63,969 nt of DNA, filler included, from Licmophora abbreviata (GCA_900291995.1; 12 parts of 12 records of this genome joined end to end with filler, not necessarily neighbours in it), one strand, 5' to 3'; positions 1 through 13,022 are shown, counted from the first letter of the whole stretch. Notes: generated from the letters alone by a model not told the origin. Program-made: numbers and translations.

Positions 1-2
1 AT

Positions 3-194
3 CGTCGTGATAGCTTTATCGCATTCTTGGAGAGTTCCAGTGCGTACTCGCGCATCACTCTGGATCAATGGACTTCATTTTTGGATTTCTGTTTGGAATG
101 TGAAGACTTGAGCAGTTACGACGAAGCCAGCTCGGCGTGGCCCGTGTTGATTGACGAGTATGTGGAGTACATGGAAGAGCAAGCGAAAAAGTGA
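3..194 (+). CDS. DCN1: DCN1-like cullin neddylation protein, 3' end only
   Basis: Frame 3 translates ...ITLDQWTSFLDFCLECEDLSSYDEASSAWPVLIDEYVEYMEEQAKK*, matching the PONY-domain end (YDE.GAWPVLID.FVE). Not in the ORF track. Confidence 0.8.
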   Translation, partial: RRDSFIAFLESSSAYSRITLDQWTSFLDFCLECEDLSSYDEASSAWPVLIDEYVEYMEEQAKK

Positions 195-259
195 AGCACA
201 TCATCGAGCGTGTATCTGATCATAAAATCGAGACAGCAATTGTCCAGTGTCTATTTAGA

Positions 260-874
260 TTAAGAAACAAGGTGGTGTTTTACAAAGTCTCGCAGTTTCT
301 GTTCACTCGATCCTCGCAATGTACCGACCGGCTGTTGTTCGCAAAAGACCATGAAGGTTGGCATCATGGCAACATCGTACTGTGCGGCAACGTCATCCAA
401 GTCATCCACATCGATTTGGACAAAGCGAACACTCTTGTTCCTGGCTGAAGTACACTCTTGCGCCAGGGCTTCGTACACGGGCGCAATCTTCTTGCAAGGA
501 ACACACCAAGTGGCAGTAAACTTGCAGACAACATAGTCGTTTGACTTCAGGAGAGCACTCCAAGCTTCGACTGACTCAACGGTCGTGACTCCATCTGCGC
601 TGGACACGGAGGAATCGCTCATGGTGGAGAGCTTGGTAGCAGCCGATGCGTCACTAGTACTACTGTTGGCTCCGTCTGTACATGCGCAACAGCCTGCTTC
701 CTTCAAAGCATTGTCATTGGAGGGTTCGTTCGTAGTCTTCAATCGCTGCGCTAGGGCATCTGGCAGCAGTCCCATCCTCGTGAGGTGCTGCGCGACCCAT
801 TTCAGAGCCAACAAGAGCAGCGGAAAGATAGCGCTGTAGGGAATGCACACGCCTCCAATACAACAGACCGACAT
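260..874 (-). CDS. Thioredoxin with N-terminal Cys-rich hydrophobic anchor
   Basis: FTATWCVPCK active site; IDVD and AMMPTF thioredoxin motifs; likely start MSVCCIGGVCIP at 874. Confidence 0.85.
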   Translation of the reverse strand: MSVCCIGGVCIPYSAIFPLLLLALKWVAQHLTRMGLLPDALAQRLKTTNEPSNDNALKEAGCCACTDGANSSTSDASAATKLSTMSDSSVSSADGVTTVESVEAWSALLKSNDYVVCKFTATWCVPCKKIAPVYEALAQECTSARNKSVRFVQIDVDDLDDVAAQYDVAMMPTFMVFCEQQPVGTLRGSSEQKLRDFVKHHLVS

Positions 875-1245
875 GATGAAAAGCGGACTCAGCGAGCGAG
901 GAACGAGAGACAAAGGGCAGAACTCAGGAGCAGCAACACCACAAAATCGAGTTTGGAAGTGCTTTGTGTCTTCCTTGTGTTTTGTATGTTTCGCCTCGTC
1001 GCGCGGTGTTCCAAAGCTCCTCCCCAGCGGCCGGATTAGCATCCGAAATCTTGAAAACAGCCTTGTCTCTTCTATAGTAACAAAAAACAAGAGATTTAAC
1101 ACGGTGTTCGCGGCATCACGAGCTTTTGATGCTACGGCTACGCAAAAGTCGGGATCCACTCACGTTTGGGACCGATACCGGTCAATGTTAGGACAATCGC
1201 GAGATACTACGCGTAAGTTTCAAACATTTGTATCTTCCGACAACC

Positions 1246-3097
1246 ATGGCGTCGTCGATGCTGTGGACGGCAGCAGCTCGTCGTAGCTCTATCGCATTGG
1301 CTACAGCCGTGACTGCTACCGCAGCCTATTCGTTTGCTTCTGATGTTCCATCAAGTCTCGGAGCCGCAGACTGCGAAGCTGTCGCACGCGCGGAACCCAC
1401 CCCCGGCGCCACGACACCACTCAGGACAAGGGTGCGTACGTATTGGATTTCAGGTGTCATGCATGCTTCTGGTCGATTGTCTATTGCGTCATGTCATATT
1501 TTATTATTCACCCTCCTTTTTCGTTCTTCCTCCACACGATACACAGATGACGTCGATTGGACGATTCTCGCTACAGTCCGAGACGTCATCAAACCCTTCA
1601 CTTCCCACCTTCTTCATTGGCCTCGTCGGCAACAAACCCTTTACCTCGCAAGACTTTGTGAAACGATGGAACGAACGAGACATGAGAAATCGCCATCCAC
1701 GATTCCATCTGCGAGTTAGCGAATCCCACCCTGGACACTTTGAGCCGACCGTCAACAGTATGAGTGACGATCGTGAAAGCACCGGTACCAGCGGGAAGAA
1801 CAACAAGAACGATAGGCTGGACATGCACGTAAAAGATACCATGTTTCCTGTGGTTCATCGCTCCGAACTCAAACATCGACTGCAGTCGTGTTTGACAGAT
1901 CCACTGCATGTCTTTACATCACTCTGGCAAGTGCAAGTCTCATCAGGTGGTACATTGGGGACAAGCGGGGCTATCTCGCAACACAAGGTTAGGGCTGCCA
2001 AACAGCAGTATCCCAACGCCGTCGAAACTGTCTTGATCTTTCGAGGACACCATGCGCTGGGAGATGGAGTCTCCTTGGGAGCGGCCTTTCTAGAACTTAC
2101 GGACGAGGCCGATGAAATGCAGCAAATGGTTGTGGATGAACTTCAGAAACGACGAGACAAGAAGCGAACGTTGACACGCTGGCAAAAGTTCTTGTTATAC
2201 TTGAAGCGTATGGCGTGGTTCATCAATGGATCCGTCATGGCCGTTTGGCATCAGCTTTACTTGCTATGCGTTACACCCCAAAGCCCATTTGATGAGATTC
2301 GCAGATTTCTACCGTCAGTAGTTCAAGACGAAGCTGACGCCAACGTTGGCGTTGCGCGACGATCGCTCTCGTGGTGTGATGCCACGACTGTCGACGAGGT
2401 CAAGCAAGTGGCACGGGCCATGGGACCAAGGGTGACGGTAAATGATGTTTGGGTCAGCTGTATTTCGCATGCAGTTGCCAAACAGATTGAGCAGCATCGC
2501 CAGCATGTGGCTGCAATACGCGGAGAGGACAAAGACGAAAGCAACATGGTTCCGACTCGCAAGCACATGAATGTCGTCATTCCAGTTCACTTGAAGGGTG
2601 GTATGCTGTTGCCAGGGGAGTCGTTGGGCAATGCGATTGGAGCGTTTACTGCACGAGTTCCTGCGGAAGGCCCGATGTCATCGCGTAAGCGTCTTGACGA
2701 AGTTCACAAGTCACTGTCTTGGGTCAAGCAAACGCCTGCACCGTTCCTCTCTTATGGAGTGGCGAAGGCAGCATCGGCGCTGCCTGTGTCCCTCACAAAG
2801 TGGCTGTTTGCCTCGGCGAATGCGAATGCCTGTGTGGCAATCACCAACGTACGTGGCTCTCCCAAGAAACTGCATATTGACGGGCGCTCGGTCGAATCAT
2901 CGGCAGCATTTCTTCCACTGCCGCCCAACATTCCCATTGGCTGTGCGGTCAGTAGTTATGCCGGCGTCATGACACTCAGTGTCACCGCCGAGCCGTGGGC
3001 TGTTCCGGATGCCGATGCGTTTCTGACATGGACATTGGAAGAGTACCAAAGACTAGCCGCGATGGTCGACGATAGCAGTTTGAAGCCGAAGTCCTAG
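1246..3097 (+). CDS. Wax ester synthase/diacylglycerol acyltransferase (WS/DGAT)
   Basis: HHALGDG catalytic motif, TVNDV, LGNAIG, TNVRG and SYAG motifs; phase-0 GT-AG intron 1432-1546 joins an N-terminal presequence exon. Confidence 0.88.
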
Positions 3098-3169
3098 AGT
3101 AGAGTAGTATTGCCGATATGGAAGTGTCTAGCTAGCTTAGAGCTTCCGCTCAAATCCTGTCGTCCACTT

Positions 3170-3597
3170 TTATAGATTACGACCCAGCGGAACTAGGTCG
3201 TCGCTGCTCTTCGCCATGACAACTGCTTCCAGTTGTGGCGACTGGTGAGTGTAAGGCAGCGGTTCAAAGATGCGTACATGCACATGGTCGTTCTCCCCTG
3301 TAGAGCTGTCGTTGGTTGTCTTTATCTTGACGTGAAACACCATGCCGGCTACTACCTGTTGAACGTAATGGGTTGCCCGAAATATGGAAAACGACGTACT
3401 GAGGTGCGCTTCGACTCGAGGTCGCACTGTGGCCGCGAGTTTCTACGACAGAACGCGCGAAAGGACCCATCCGAGAAATTTGTAAGTGTTGGAACTCACA
3501 GCGATATACCCGAACTTCAATTCACTACTCTCCTTCATACCTGAACTCTCTCATCCGCTTCTCTGACCTCGGAGTGCCCTCCTGCGAGCTGTGACAT
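3170..3597 (-). CDS. Type-1 cystatin (stefin), cysteine protease inhibitor
   Basis: Exon 1 MSQLAGGHSEVREADERVQ (3597-3541), intron 3443-3540, exon 2 with QVVAG and HVRIFEPLP. Confidence 0.88.
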
Positions 3598-4075
3598 GGT
3601 GCTAAAGAAGGACCTTTGCTATTGTGTTGCTGTTGTTGATGGCCGCATCACATCAACAATCACAACTTCGTGAAAACTTCGAAACTGCGATGATGCAGCG
3701 CGCCTTTTCTAAGCGAAGGGAGTCGAACGAATCAACCTTTTTAGCTGGGTTGGTATCGCCAAGGGCCTGATTGATGTTTATATGCTATGAATACTTATGA
3801 GTCTTGCAAGCATGTTTATCCAAATACAAGTACTCCACTTCTGAATGTTGTAATTTCTTCAAACGTATGGTGTATATATCCACATCTGAGGAATTTGGAT
3901 CAGGCTGTCCGCCTCAAAATTTGGATTCAATTTGGAACAGATTTCAGATTTCATCTCTCACAATGACAAGCGGGCCGCTGACGGGAGTCGATCGAGGTGC
4001 TCGCACTCCGCTCCGTCTTGTGTCCCCTTATTTCATGGTCCAGGATCACCAGCAGCCTCGTTGAAGGAGAGTAGC

Positions 4076-7000
4076 ATGAAACACCCGCTGTTGGAATCCA
4101 ATGCAAGTCGACTAAGTGACACAGAAGAAATGTCTACACACGCGTTGCCTGTTCAGAAATCATCAGCTCCGCCGAAGTCGCAACCCCAGCCGCAGCAGCA
4201 GCACCGACGAAGCATGTCCACTGGAAGGAGACGAAACGAACAAGACTTGGAACCGTCTCTGGGAGGAAATAAGAGGGAACCTTCGACCCTCTCGAGGGGT
4301 CGCTCCATGTCCACTCACCGCATGATGAATCAGCCTCCGATTCGACAACGAGTCGATGCTGAACCCTCCAATTCGAGACCAATCAGTACGGGACGAATTC
4401 GCCGCTCCTCATCCAATCAGTCCAGCTCATCCAGGGCATCGTCTCGGAGCTCTTCCCGAGGAGAAGGATTTGACAGAGGAGAGCATCAGTCTGTGACTCG
4501 AGCCATTCTTGATCTCAGAGAAAAACGCGAGCAAGCACAGTCGCGTCGTATGCAGCGGGAGTCTCTCAAGAAACACCCCACTCAACAGCAGCCGCCTCAG
4601 CAAGCCGCGCGACCGCAGCCCTTGTTGGACAAGAGTAGTGCTGTGGGCGACCAACAAGCGACACATCGATTGAAGCAAGTAGAGACGAAAATATCGGGTC
4701 TTATGGAAGAGCTTGACGAGCTTCGTTTCTTCAATGAGATTGCGGCAGAGTCGCCTTCTCCGACTAGCAAGGACGGTGTAATACCAACTCAGTTCCAGTT
4801 GTTGGGTCTTTCTCCATCCAACTCTCCGGATAGAAGCGAGTCGCGAAAAAGAAGGCAACATGCTCAAAGCAAGAAAACATTGTCGCCCCGTCGACTGTCG
4901 GCCATGGATCGGGTGTCACTCGAATTGGAAGCGCAACAGTTGCAGCGGCAGGTCGAAATTCTCGAGCATGAGAAAACTTCGTTAGAGGCGACAGTCGCCA
5001 TGAACAATCGAGCAATCGAATCGCACGACGAGGATACGAAGCGCATTCGACTGCTCGAAAAGGCTCTGCGCACGGTGCAAACCGAACTCGCCTCACAGCT
5101 GGAAGAACTGCAGACAGGACGGACCAAGTTGGTTCAAGAGTACGAGGAAAAGCTTAACATTGTGCAGCGAGAGTATCACTCGACGCGTGATACTGCCAAT
5201 GAGTTACTGGAAAGTCTCCAGGAAACGCAAGAAGCGCTCGAAGAGCTGCAGATACGACACGTGGCGAGCAAGGAGGAAGCGCGGCTGAGAATGGAGGAGC
5301 TGCACGCGGAACACACGGGACGCGAGGATGCATGGATAAAGGAAAAGTCGCGGCTCAACATCAAAGTAGACACCATGACGCAGTCGATGGCCGATCATGA
5401 AGCGGCAGTCGCTCGTTTGGAGACCCAGTTGGAAGAGCTCCATGAGAACCTTGAAACTACCAAGCGGACAAAGGACGAATCGTACGAGCATCGAATCGAA
5501 GTCCTGAGGCAACAGCTCTCCCTCGTTAAGGATCAGTACAACTCCCTGCGATCAGACAACGAGGAGCAGCAGCAGATTCTGGAGGAACGAGAACAATTGC
5601 TTCTTACGGCCAAGGAATCGGAGGAGTCGCAGAAAGATCTTTTGGCAGAGCTCCAATCGCAGTTTGATGGGCAGAATGCAAAACACGACGCCGAACTCCA
5701 GGAGCTCAGGGTGAGCCTGGAAGACCGCGAAAAAAGGCGATTGGACGATCTGGTTTTGTTGCAGCAAGATAACAACCAGGAATACGAACGCCGTCTCAAG
5801 GCGTTGCAGCAACAGCTTACACTTGCGACGGATCGCCATCAGTCGGAAATGGAGCAGAAGGAAAAGGCACTGCAGGAAAAACTGGAAGCAGAGGTGGAGT
5901 CCGTGAAACAGCAGCTTGCAAGTGAATACGAATTGAAAGTGAAAGCCGTCACAGACGAAATGGCATCTGTCCAGACCAAGTACGATGAGGCCAAGGAAAA
6001 GAATCTCCGGCACGAAGTACAATCCGAATCCAAGGACCGCGATGCCGCTCGAGAGTGGGAGCGCAAGGATGCGCTGAGGCAAGGCGAACTGGATCGTATG
6101 AACGATAAGCTCGACCGAACGAGCCGGTCACTGGCCGAGAAGGAGGACAAGATTCAAAGTCTGCAAGATAAGTTGTTAGAAGCCGAACAACGGCACAAGA
6201 ATGCTTCCGCAGAGGTTGAGTTGCAACATGCAGAAGAGCTGTCAGCGCGAGAAGAAATTTTGGCAAACCAGCGCAAGACGCTGAAGGCTAGCGAAAGCAA
6301 GTTAAGAACCGAACTGACTCGTAGAGAGTCAGACTTTTTGGATCTTCGAGACACTTTGGAGGCCGATAACGCGCAACTTCGAGACGAACTTAGTGAGCTG
6401 CGCAGATCTTTAGAGAGCGCCCATAAGGGATCACGGGCAGAAGATCAGCTCATGCAGCGGATAGCGGCTATGCAAGCGTCGATGGACAACTCACAGCAAG
6501 ACTTTGTCGCTGAAAAGTCCCGCCACGATAGGCTTGAGACCGAGATGCGCGTTGAGATTGCAAAGTTAGAAGGAAAACTAGCTGCAACCGAGTCAACGCT
6601 AAAGGAAAAGCGTGGCCTGATTGAAGATCTAGAGCTTCGTCTGACCAGCACCGACGAACAGACTTCCACGGACGTGTCAAAGTATCAGAATCAGATCGCA
6701 GCTCTGGGTCGCGACTTGGATGCATCACGGGCACTATTGGAAAAGGGGCAGCTTGTTGCCGAAGAGAAAGAGACTATCATTGAAGAGTTACAGAAGAGAA
6801 AGAAAGAAGACCAGATACAGCTCAGGAAGAATGTCACGCTGGAAGAAACCATTACGCGGTTAGAGATGGCTCTAGACGAAGCTGAGAAGGAAAAGTCTTC
6901 GCACGCTGCGAGTCTTTCGAAGCTCCAGGAGGATCTCATACAGGCGGAGGGAAAAGCAGCCGATACCCAGAATCGCCATATCGTCGACAAGCAGGAGGTG

Positions 7001-8103
7001 TCGACGGAGCTTACTCGACAACAAGATCAGATACAGAAAATGACACGCGAGTACGAAGATGCCATTGCTGAGCACGAGCAAAGGGTACAAAGTCATGAGT
7101 CCGACAAGATCGCATTGCAGTCTGAGGTAGACGTGTTGAGATCGAAGCTAGAGCATGCGGAGACGATGTCCAGCTCTCGAGACGCAGATTCCGACTCTCT
7201 CAAGAAGCGGATTGCTGAGCTAGAAGCCCAGGTCAAGACGCAGCAAAAGGTTGTCGACCGAGCCGAAGCCATGTCGACTGAGAATGTGAAGGAGCTACGG
7301 CGTCAGTTGGAGGAAGCGGAAGACGCGCAGGAAGATGTTGCTGAAGAACTCGATGGTGTTCTTGGTGAGAAGGCCGAAGTCATTGAGGCTCTGGAGCAAG
7401 TGATTAGCGAGGTCCAGAGTCGGGAAGAGGAAATTGACGCCTTGACGTCAATTCTTCGGAAGCGCGACGAGGAACTCGAGCACGCCAAGCTGATTGCAAC
7501 AAAAGCGATCGCGTCCGCTCAAGAAATCAAGACTCGCTACAAAGAGAAGGGCGTGAAGGAGTTGGATCTGAAGGACAGATTTCGGGATCAGCTCGACGAA
7601 CTCAACGAGTCTTTGGTGTATGTCACGGAAAAGCACGACCTGCTGAAGCAAAAGACACAGTCACTGGAGTCAGAACTTCAAAACAAGACCATGGAATGCG
7701 CCCGTCTGATAGACATCCTCAATGATACAAGATCGAATGATCAAAAACTAACATCCAGCGCAAGATATGGTTCCGTCCCAATGGAGGGCAATGGACGCGT
7801 CAACGGGGGCAACGCGAAGAAAGGACTGAAGCTGATGGAAAAGGGATTTGAATCTTTTGAAGACGAACACTCCGCATCGCAGTCGGATTCTGTGATGTTG
7901 GATACTTCCATGTCAACAGCGACGGCCGATCTGGGGGACGCCACGAAATGGTTGGCTGATTTTGACGAGGACGCCAGCAACGGCAGCTTTCAGCCGCTAG
8001 ATGACGCACAAACCGAGCCCGGTGTAAATAAGTCGCGGCGATCGATCGAACGAGACGCTCTTCGAAAGTATGTTCGGAAACGATACTTGAAGCGGGAAGT
8101 GGA
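4076..8103 (+). CDS. Large coiled-coil protein with low-complexity S/R/Q N-terminus; 3' end cut by contig end
   Basis: Open frame of more than 1300 codons, E/K/L/Q heptad-rich; first ATG 4076; no recognisable enzyme motif. Confidence 0.8.
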
Positions 8104-8203
8104 NNNNNNNNNNNNNNNNNNNNNNNNNNNNNNNNNNNNNNNNNNNNTTAATTAATTAANNNNNNNNNNNNNNNNNNNNNNNNNNNNNNNNNNNNNNNNN
8201 NNN
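8104..8203. other. Artificial contig spacer
   Basis: N44-TTAATTAATTAA-N44 (stops in six frames). Confidence 0.98.
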
Positions 8204-8292
8204 GAAGCCTAGCTATGTCACCTAGTAACTCTTGTCTACCATAGGCGTTGTTTCATGCATACTGCGAGACCCTCGAGATAATAAATACGGTA

Positions 8293-9463
8293 CTATTCGC
8301 TGATGCTCAGAAAAGGAGTCCCGGGAGGATACTGAAGCCAGTTCGTTCGAGACCATATGACTCCGGCGTTCTCGCCCTCCACAAGATGAAGCTGGAATGT
8401 ATGTCTTTGCGAATTGGAAAAGTTGGGCAGACTTAGGTGATCGACCTCGCCTGGAAAGGCCAACAAGTCGCCCGCTCTGCATTCTACGGGTACAAATCCA
8501 GCATCGAACAATCCGTCGCACGACGGTGCCCAATTGCCAGGCAAGCTGCCTTCCCATGGCACAGATGGATCTTCCAGAAGCGTTTCCATGAGCATCTTCG
8601 GAGCAGAGAGATCGCCCTCGGCTTTGTTGCTACCACAATCAATCGCCGGCTCTCCAAAGTACCGAGGATTCCGCATGAACTGTCGTCGTACACTCTCTCG
8701 ATGAGACTTCGGTCTAACCCATAGACACCCATTCTCCAACGTAGCACTATCCAACGCCAGCCACAGTCCGAGGCATGACTGCTTCGGTGTCGTGAAGAGA
8801 AACGTTGAATCTTGATGCGAATTCACCGCACCTCCGATCTTCGGCTGCTTGAAGATGTACATGCTTTGCGGTACTACCGGATCCTTCCACCCCAAGCTCA
8901 TGTACCAATCGTTTTACTTTGTCGGAAGTGGCGTAGTCCTGAAAAGCTCCTGGAATCATGTGCATGCCGTGTCCCGCCTTGTTGAGTGCCGCCAATTTGT
9001 TGCGAGCGAACTCTGGCTTCAACGCACCGCTGGTTTCATCCAAGGCACCCGGTTCCGCAAAGAAGTGCACCCGCGATGCCGACTCCAGAAAGTAATCATC
9101 GGATCCCTGTCTTGTATTGGACTTTTCGTCCGTTCGAAAGGAGATGGTCTTTTTGGAAGGTTCCCAGTCCTCCGTGAGTTCCTGCATTTGTCGCTTTAAA
9201 GCGTCGACCTCCGAGGCATCGGCAAAGTTCTCGACACGCAGAAAGCCAAATTCGTCAAAGTAGCGACAGCACTGCGAAATCTCGTTTCGCTGCGGCACAG
9301 TCCCATGAAGCCAAGAACGATGTATTTTGTCGCCATCTTTGTCCCGCTGCAACTGCAATTCTTGGTCGAGACCGGAAAGAATCATTGACGCTCGCCTTCG
9401 AATCGTCTCGAGTTCGGCTTGCGTCAGAGGGCTTGCCGAATTCAACTTCTCATGCTCAGACAT
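8293..9463 (-). CDS. PHYHD1: Phytanoyl-CoA dioxygenase family (PHYHD1-like); 1-nt frameshift at 8890-8893
   Basis: DDYFLESA, LNKAGHGMH, PQSMYIFKQP.IGG.V..HQDSTFL, ENGCLW, DHLSLPN and RHTFQLH motifs span two overlapping ORFs; removing one G restores ELGWKDP. Confidence 0.85.
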
Positions 9464-10645
9464 GGGAGTATCTTAGAGGGAGGCGACTTATGAAGGGGCT
9501 TGAGACAAGGATAAGCTTGACAGACCAAGAATGGCATCATTGTTCACGTCGCGTCGAATACACACGCGCAACAGCATCATGTGGGTAAATTTGCGCAAAA
9601 TTTTGCGTGAGTTCTCAGTTCCTAGGACAACTTGGCAGAAGTAAAAAACGAGAGCTTATCGCCATCCGACGACGAACAGATAACCATTCCGGAGTTTCAT
9701 CCCTGCCCTTCAGATATCCTGTCTGCCCAGACGATTCCCAGCACCACAGCCACCGGCGACGAATGCTGGCTAGACTATGCAGAGGCTCGCATATCTTCTC
9801 TATGGCGCGAAACGCCTTTCAAACATGAATTCGCACTCCCGGAGAAAGATACCGATTTGAAGAGCTCGAACGCTACGATTGGCTGTGATGTTCGTCGCTC
9901 TAATATCAAGGGCTATAGCGGTAGCACACTGCTCCGTCAACGCTGGCATGGAAACGAAAGAGGGAGAGAAAGATAAGCCTCGGCACTATGATAGAATGCG
10001 GTATGCTGATAAAAAGCAGTGCGATGCATTTGGGTGAGGGTACTATCAGGTCATGTAGTAGATACAACGCGGCAAGACCATTGTTTGATCGATGAAGTTG
10101 GAAATCCAAAGAAGAATCCTCTTTCTAGGGCCCTAGCTCAATTAGCTTCTATCACGCCCCATTATTGTTTTTCGTCTACTCGTGCATGCTCGTCATAGTC
10201 TTCGACCGCTCATTGCTGCCTGAGTGGACGGCCAGTTCACTGCATTCCACCATCATTCTATACACCGGCGTTCGCGTTGCGGTTCTAGCTACCAGTGCAG
10301 AGAAGAGCTTTTGACGCTCTCTTCTTCGCGTCGACTGTCACTCTTTCAAAGGCTGAGAATACCACTCCTGCTTACACTATTTCAACGAGAATAGATAACC
10401 GCATCAATCGACGGCAGCAACAAGACCACGGCAACCATCATGGTCCATACGCACTGCAGGCTGCGATGAGGCCGTTCTCCCGATTCAAACCTCGGTAAGA
10501 CCAGTCGATCAGTACACAAGTCGACTGATATCTGCTACGAGCAGCTTCCATCGCTCAGGTCCAGCGCATGGAGACGCAAGCAGTAGTAGATGATGTGCCT
10601 CGCTTTGCCTCGAACGCTTCCTCGTGACCCATTTGTAGTTTGACA

Positions 10646-10909
10646 CTACTCCTCCTCTTTCTTGGGAGGGTCAATGAACCATACATAGAATCCTGCGGCG
10701 CCCACTACCGCAGACACCGCCAAAAACTTGGCATCGGGAGCCTCGGTACCCCCGCGAGGTGGCGACAATCTGTGGAGGATTGGGTTTGTCTTTTTGAGTT
10801 CTTCCATGCCTTGCTTGTGATTCTGATTGCTACTGTCCGACAACCATCGACGAGCGTGTCGTGCGAGGATGCGATGAGGCTTCGTCAGCAGTCCAAAGGA
10901 GAGATTCAT
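10646..10909 (-). CDS. Small single-TM protein, probably mitochondrial (87 aa)
   Basis: Arg-rich presequence ending RRWLS, TM FLAVSAVVGAAGFYVWF, charged tail PPKKEEE. Confidence 0.55.
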   Translation of the reverse strand: MNLSFGLLTKPHRILARHARRWLSDSSNQNHKQGMEELKKTNPILHRLSPPRGGTEAPDAKFLAVSAVVGAAGFYVWFIDPPKKEEE

Positions 10910-11304
10910 GACGGCAAAGTGCAACCGTCGCCTTGCGATGCCTTCATCTTCCTTTTTTGTGGATTGTGGAGAATCTTTCGGATACATTTTAGTCTGACGT
11001 CATTCGCGAACCGCGATCTAACGCGCGCAAAACCTCTCGACTTTTTCTTTTTGTCTTCTCTTTTTCGATCGCTCTCTCTGCACTCTCATCGGCGCACATC
11101 ATCATGGCCTATGACGAGACGAAGGCAAGGCAAACTTATCATATCATCGGAACGGAGTCCCTTTCCTGCCTATCACCTTTTTAAAATCGAAATTGAGAGA
11201 TAGTAATTCGGCTCAGTTTGTGAATTGAATTAATTGGCTGTGTCTTGGAGAGTTTCTATTTTGGTGGAACTTGAAACCTTGAAACGTCGTAGTTTGACAC
11301 GACG

Positions 11305-12609
11305 ATGCTTCGCTACGGTTGTCGGCGCTTCTCTTCCGTGATGGGAGCCCCGTCTCGCCCATCATACTTTCATTCTGGTCGATTCAGTACGACTGCGACC
11401 GATTCATCAGAACGAGAGCGTCTCGACACGGTCAGCATTCGTCTGTATCGCATACTGCTACGACATTGCCAGAGCTTGCGTCGAATGTCGGCAGACGAGC
11501 CGCTACTGCTGCAGCCACCACTCGATCCGTCCGATTACGGCCAAGCGATATTGAAGAGAGGGGACACACGCACCTCGTCAATCTCTCGCACTCACCCAGT
11601 CACAATTCTTCGTCTGTTTCGAAACTGGAAAATTGCGACCGACAAAGAAGAAGACGTAATTCCTTGGTTCCGGTACATCGAGCGAGAGAAAGAGGAAGAT
11701 CTGCCGGAAGACGACGGCGACGACGACGCATGGGACGTTGAGGATGATTACAAGACCCCAGTTTGCGTCTGGGTGACTACTGACGATATTCGGGAATCTA
11801 TCCGTCACGCCTTTGACCACTGGTCATCAGATGTACGAGCGCGAAATGACTTGCACCGACTAGCGATTGAAGCGGTTCGCACCTTGCAGGAACAAGAAGC
11901 AATATTGCGTCGAACGAGCACTTCGGTCGACACGGACCACGGAGTGCGTGTCGTTGCCACTAGTCGGTACGCACGCGGGTCACCCCGCTATTATTGTTTT
12001 GTATGTTATTCAGGGTTCGTGTGCGTATACTCACTTGTTTTTATCGTCGAATGATTCCCTGAACTCATGCGCAGCTGCATCGGCACGGCAGCATCAGGTC
12101 ATGCAGCTTCCGACATTAAACACCGGTTTGCCTATAGGATACGAGTCGAGAATTCTGCTAGTAGTCCCATAACGGTACAGCTTCTAGGTAGAACTTGGCG
12201 TATTCAAGAAGAAAACTCGAAAGGCCAACCGGAGGGGGAAGTCATGACAGTGGATGCTCCGACGACAGGCGCTGGTACGTGTCCCAGTGATACATATTAT
12301 GCATACCGGTGGCGCCTCGACGTTTCATGTTCTCGTCTTGGCTCACTCTCAGACTTATTCTCTCATTGACGCTGTATTGACTTTCTTCATTTTGTAGTTG
12401 GCCAACTGCCGGTACTGGAGCCTGGCATGGTGTTTGAGTACATGAGCGGATGCGAGCTAGCCACAAAAACCGGAAATATGAGTGGATACCTCCACATGGC
12501 CAAGGTAGAACCTGGTTCCAAATCCGGGCGAGTGGGAGACCCCATTGATCGATCAATTCCGAAATTCGAAGTGCCGGTGCACGCCTTTCCTCTCATTGCC
12601 GATGGATAG
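11305..12609 (+). CDS. ApaG-domain protein with mitochondrial-type presequence
   Basis: Introns 11967-12074 and 12275-12397 restore FAYRIRVEN, VQLLGRTWRI and GAVGQLPVLEPGMVFEYMSGC (ApaG signature). Confidence 0.85.
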
Positions 12610-12647
12610 GAAACGTTCTCTCTCTAGTAGGTAGCTAATGCTCAGGA

Positions 12648-12747
12648 NNNNNNNNNNNNNNNNNNNNNNNNNNNNNNNNNNNNNNNNNNNNTTAATTAAT
12701 TAANNNNNNNNNNNNNNNNNNNNNNNNNNNNNNNNNNNNNNNNNNNN
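12648..12747. other. Artificial contig spacer
   Basis: N44-TTAATTAATTAA-N44. Confidence 0.98.
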
Positions 12748-13022
12748 GGTAGATTAATCTCTTCCATGTTACGCTTGATTTTACCATGTTTTGCGTCAAT
12801 ATACATGCAATGATTCATGCAGGCTAAATAATTCCATCTGTTCGATTCTCCTAACGCGATCAAATCCAAGCAAACGGGTCAAAATAGCCCTTGCTTGTTC
12901 GTATGCAGCAAGCAACACTACTCCTACAGTTTCTAGAGCGCACCGAATGCGAACGATGGGCTTGCCCCGATGCTCAAGTTGATCTCTCCTCCCGTCAGTC
13001 GAAAACCAAGCGAGATGAGTTC

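Noticed and set aside
8148..8159. TTAATTAATTAA palindrome recurring eleven times (looks like a repeat or TTAA transposon site)
   Set aside because: Always centred in exactly 44+44 N; a synthetic six-frame-stop spacer.
9370..9400. RASMILSGL in the PHYHD1 N-terminus as a PTS2 peroxisomal signal
   Set aside because: Lacks the required H/Q at position 8, and diatoms are reported to lack the PTS2 route.
9594..9607. 14-bp perfect palindrome cgcaaaattttgcg upstream of PHYHD1
   Set aside because: Single occurrence; a few such palindromes are expected by chance in 64 kb.
9632..9976. 114-codon ORF
   Set aside because: TTG start, no recognisable motif and no convincing upstream exon.
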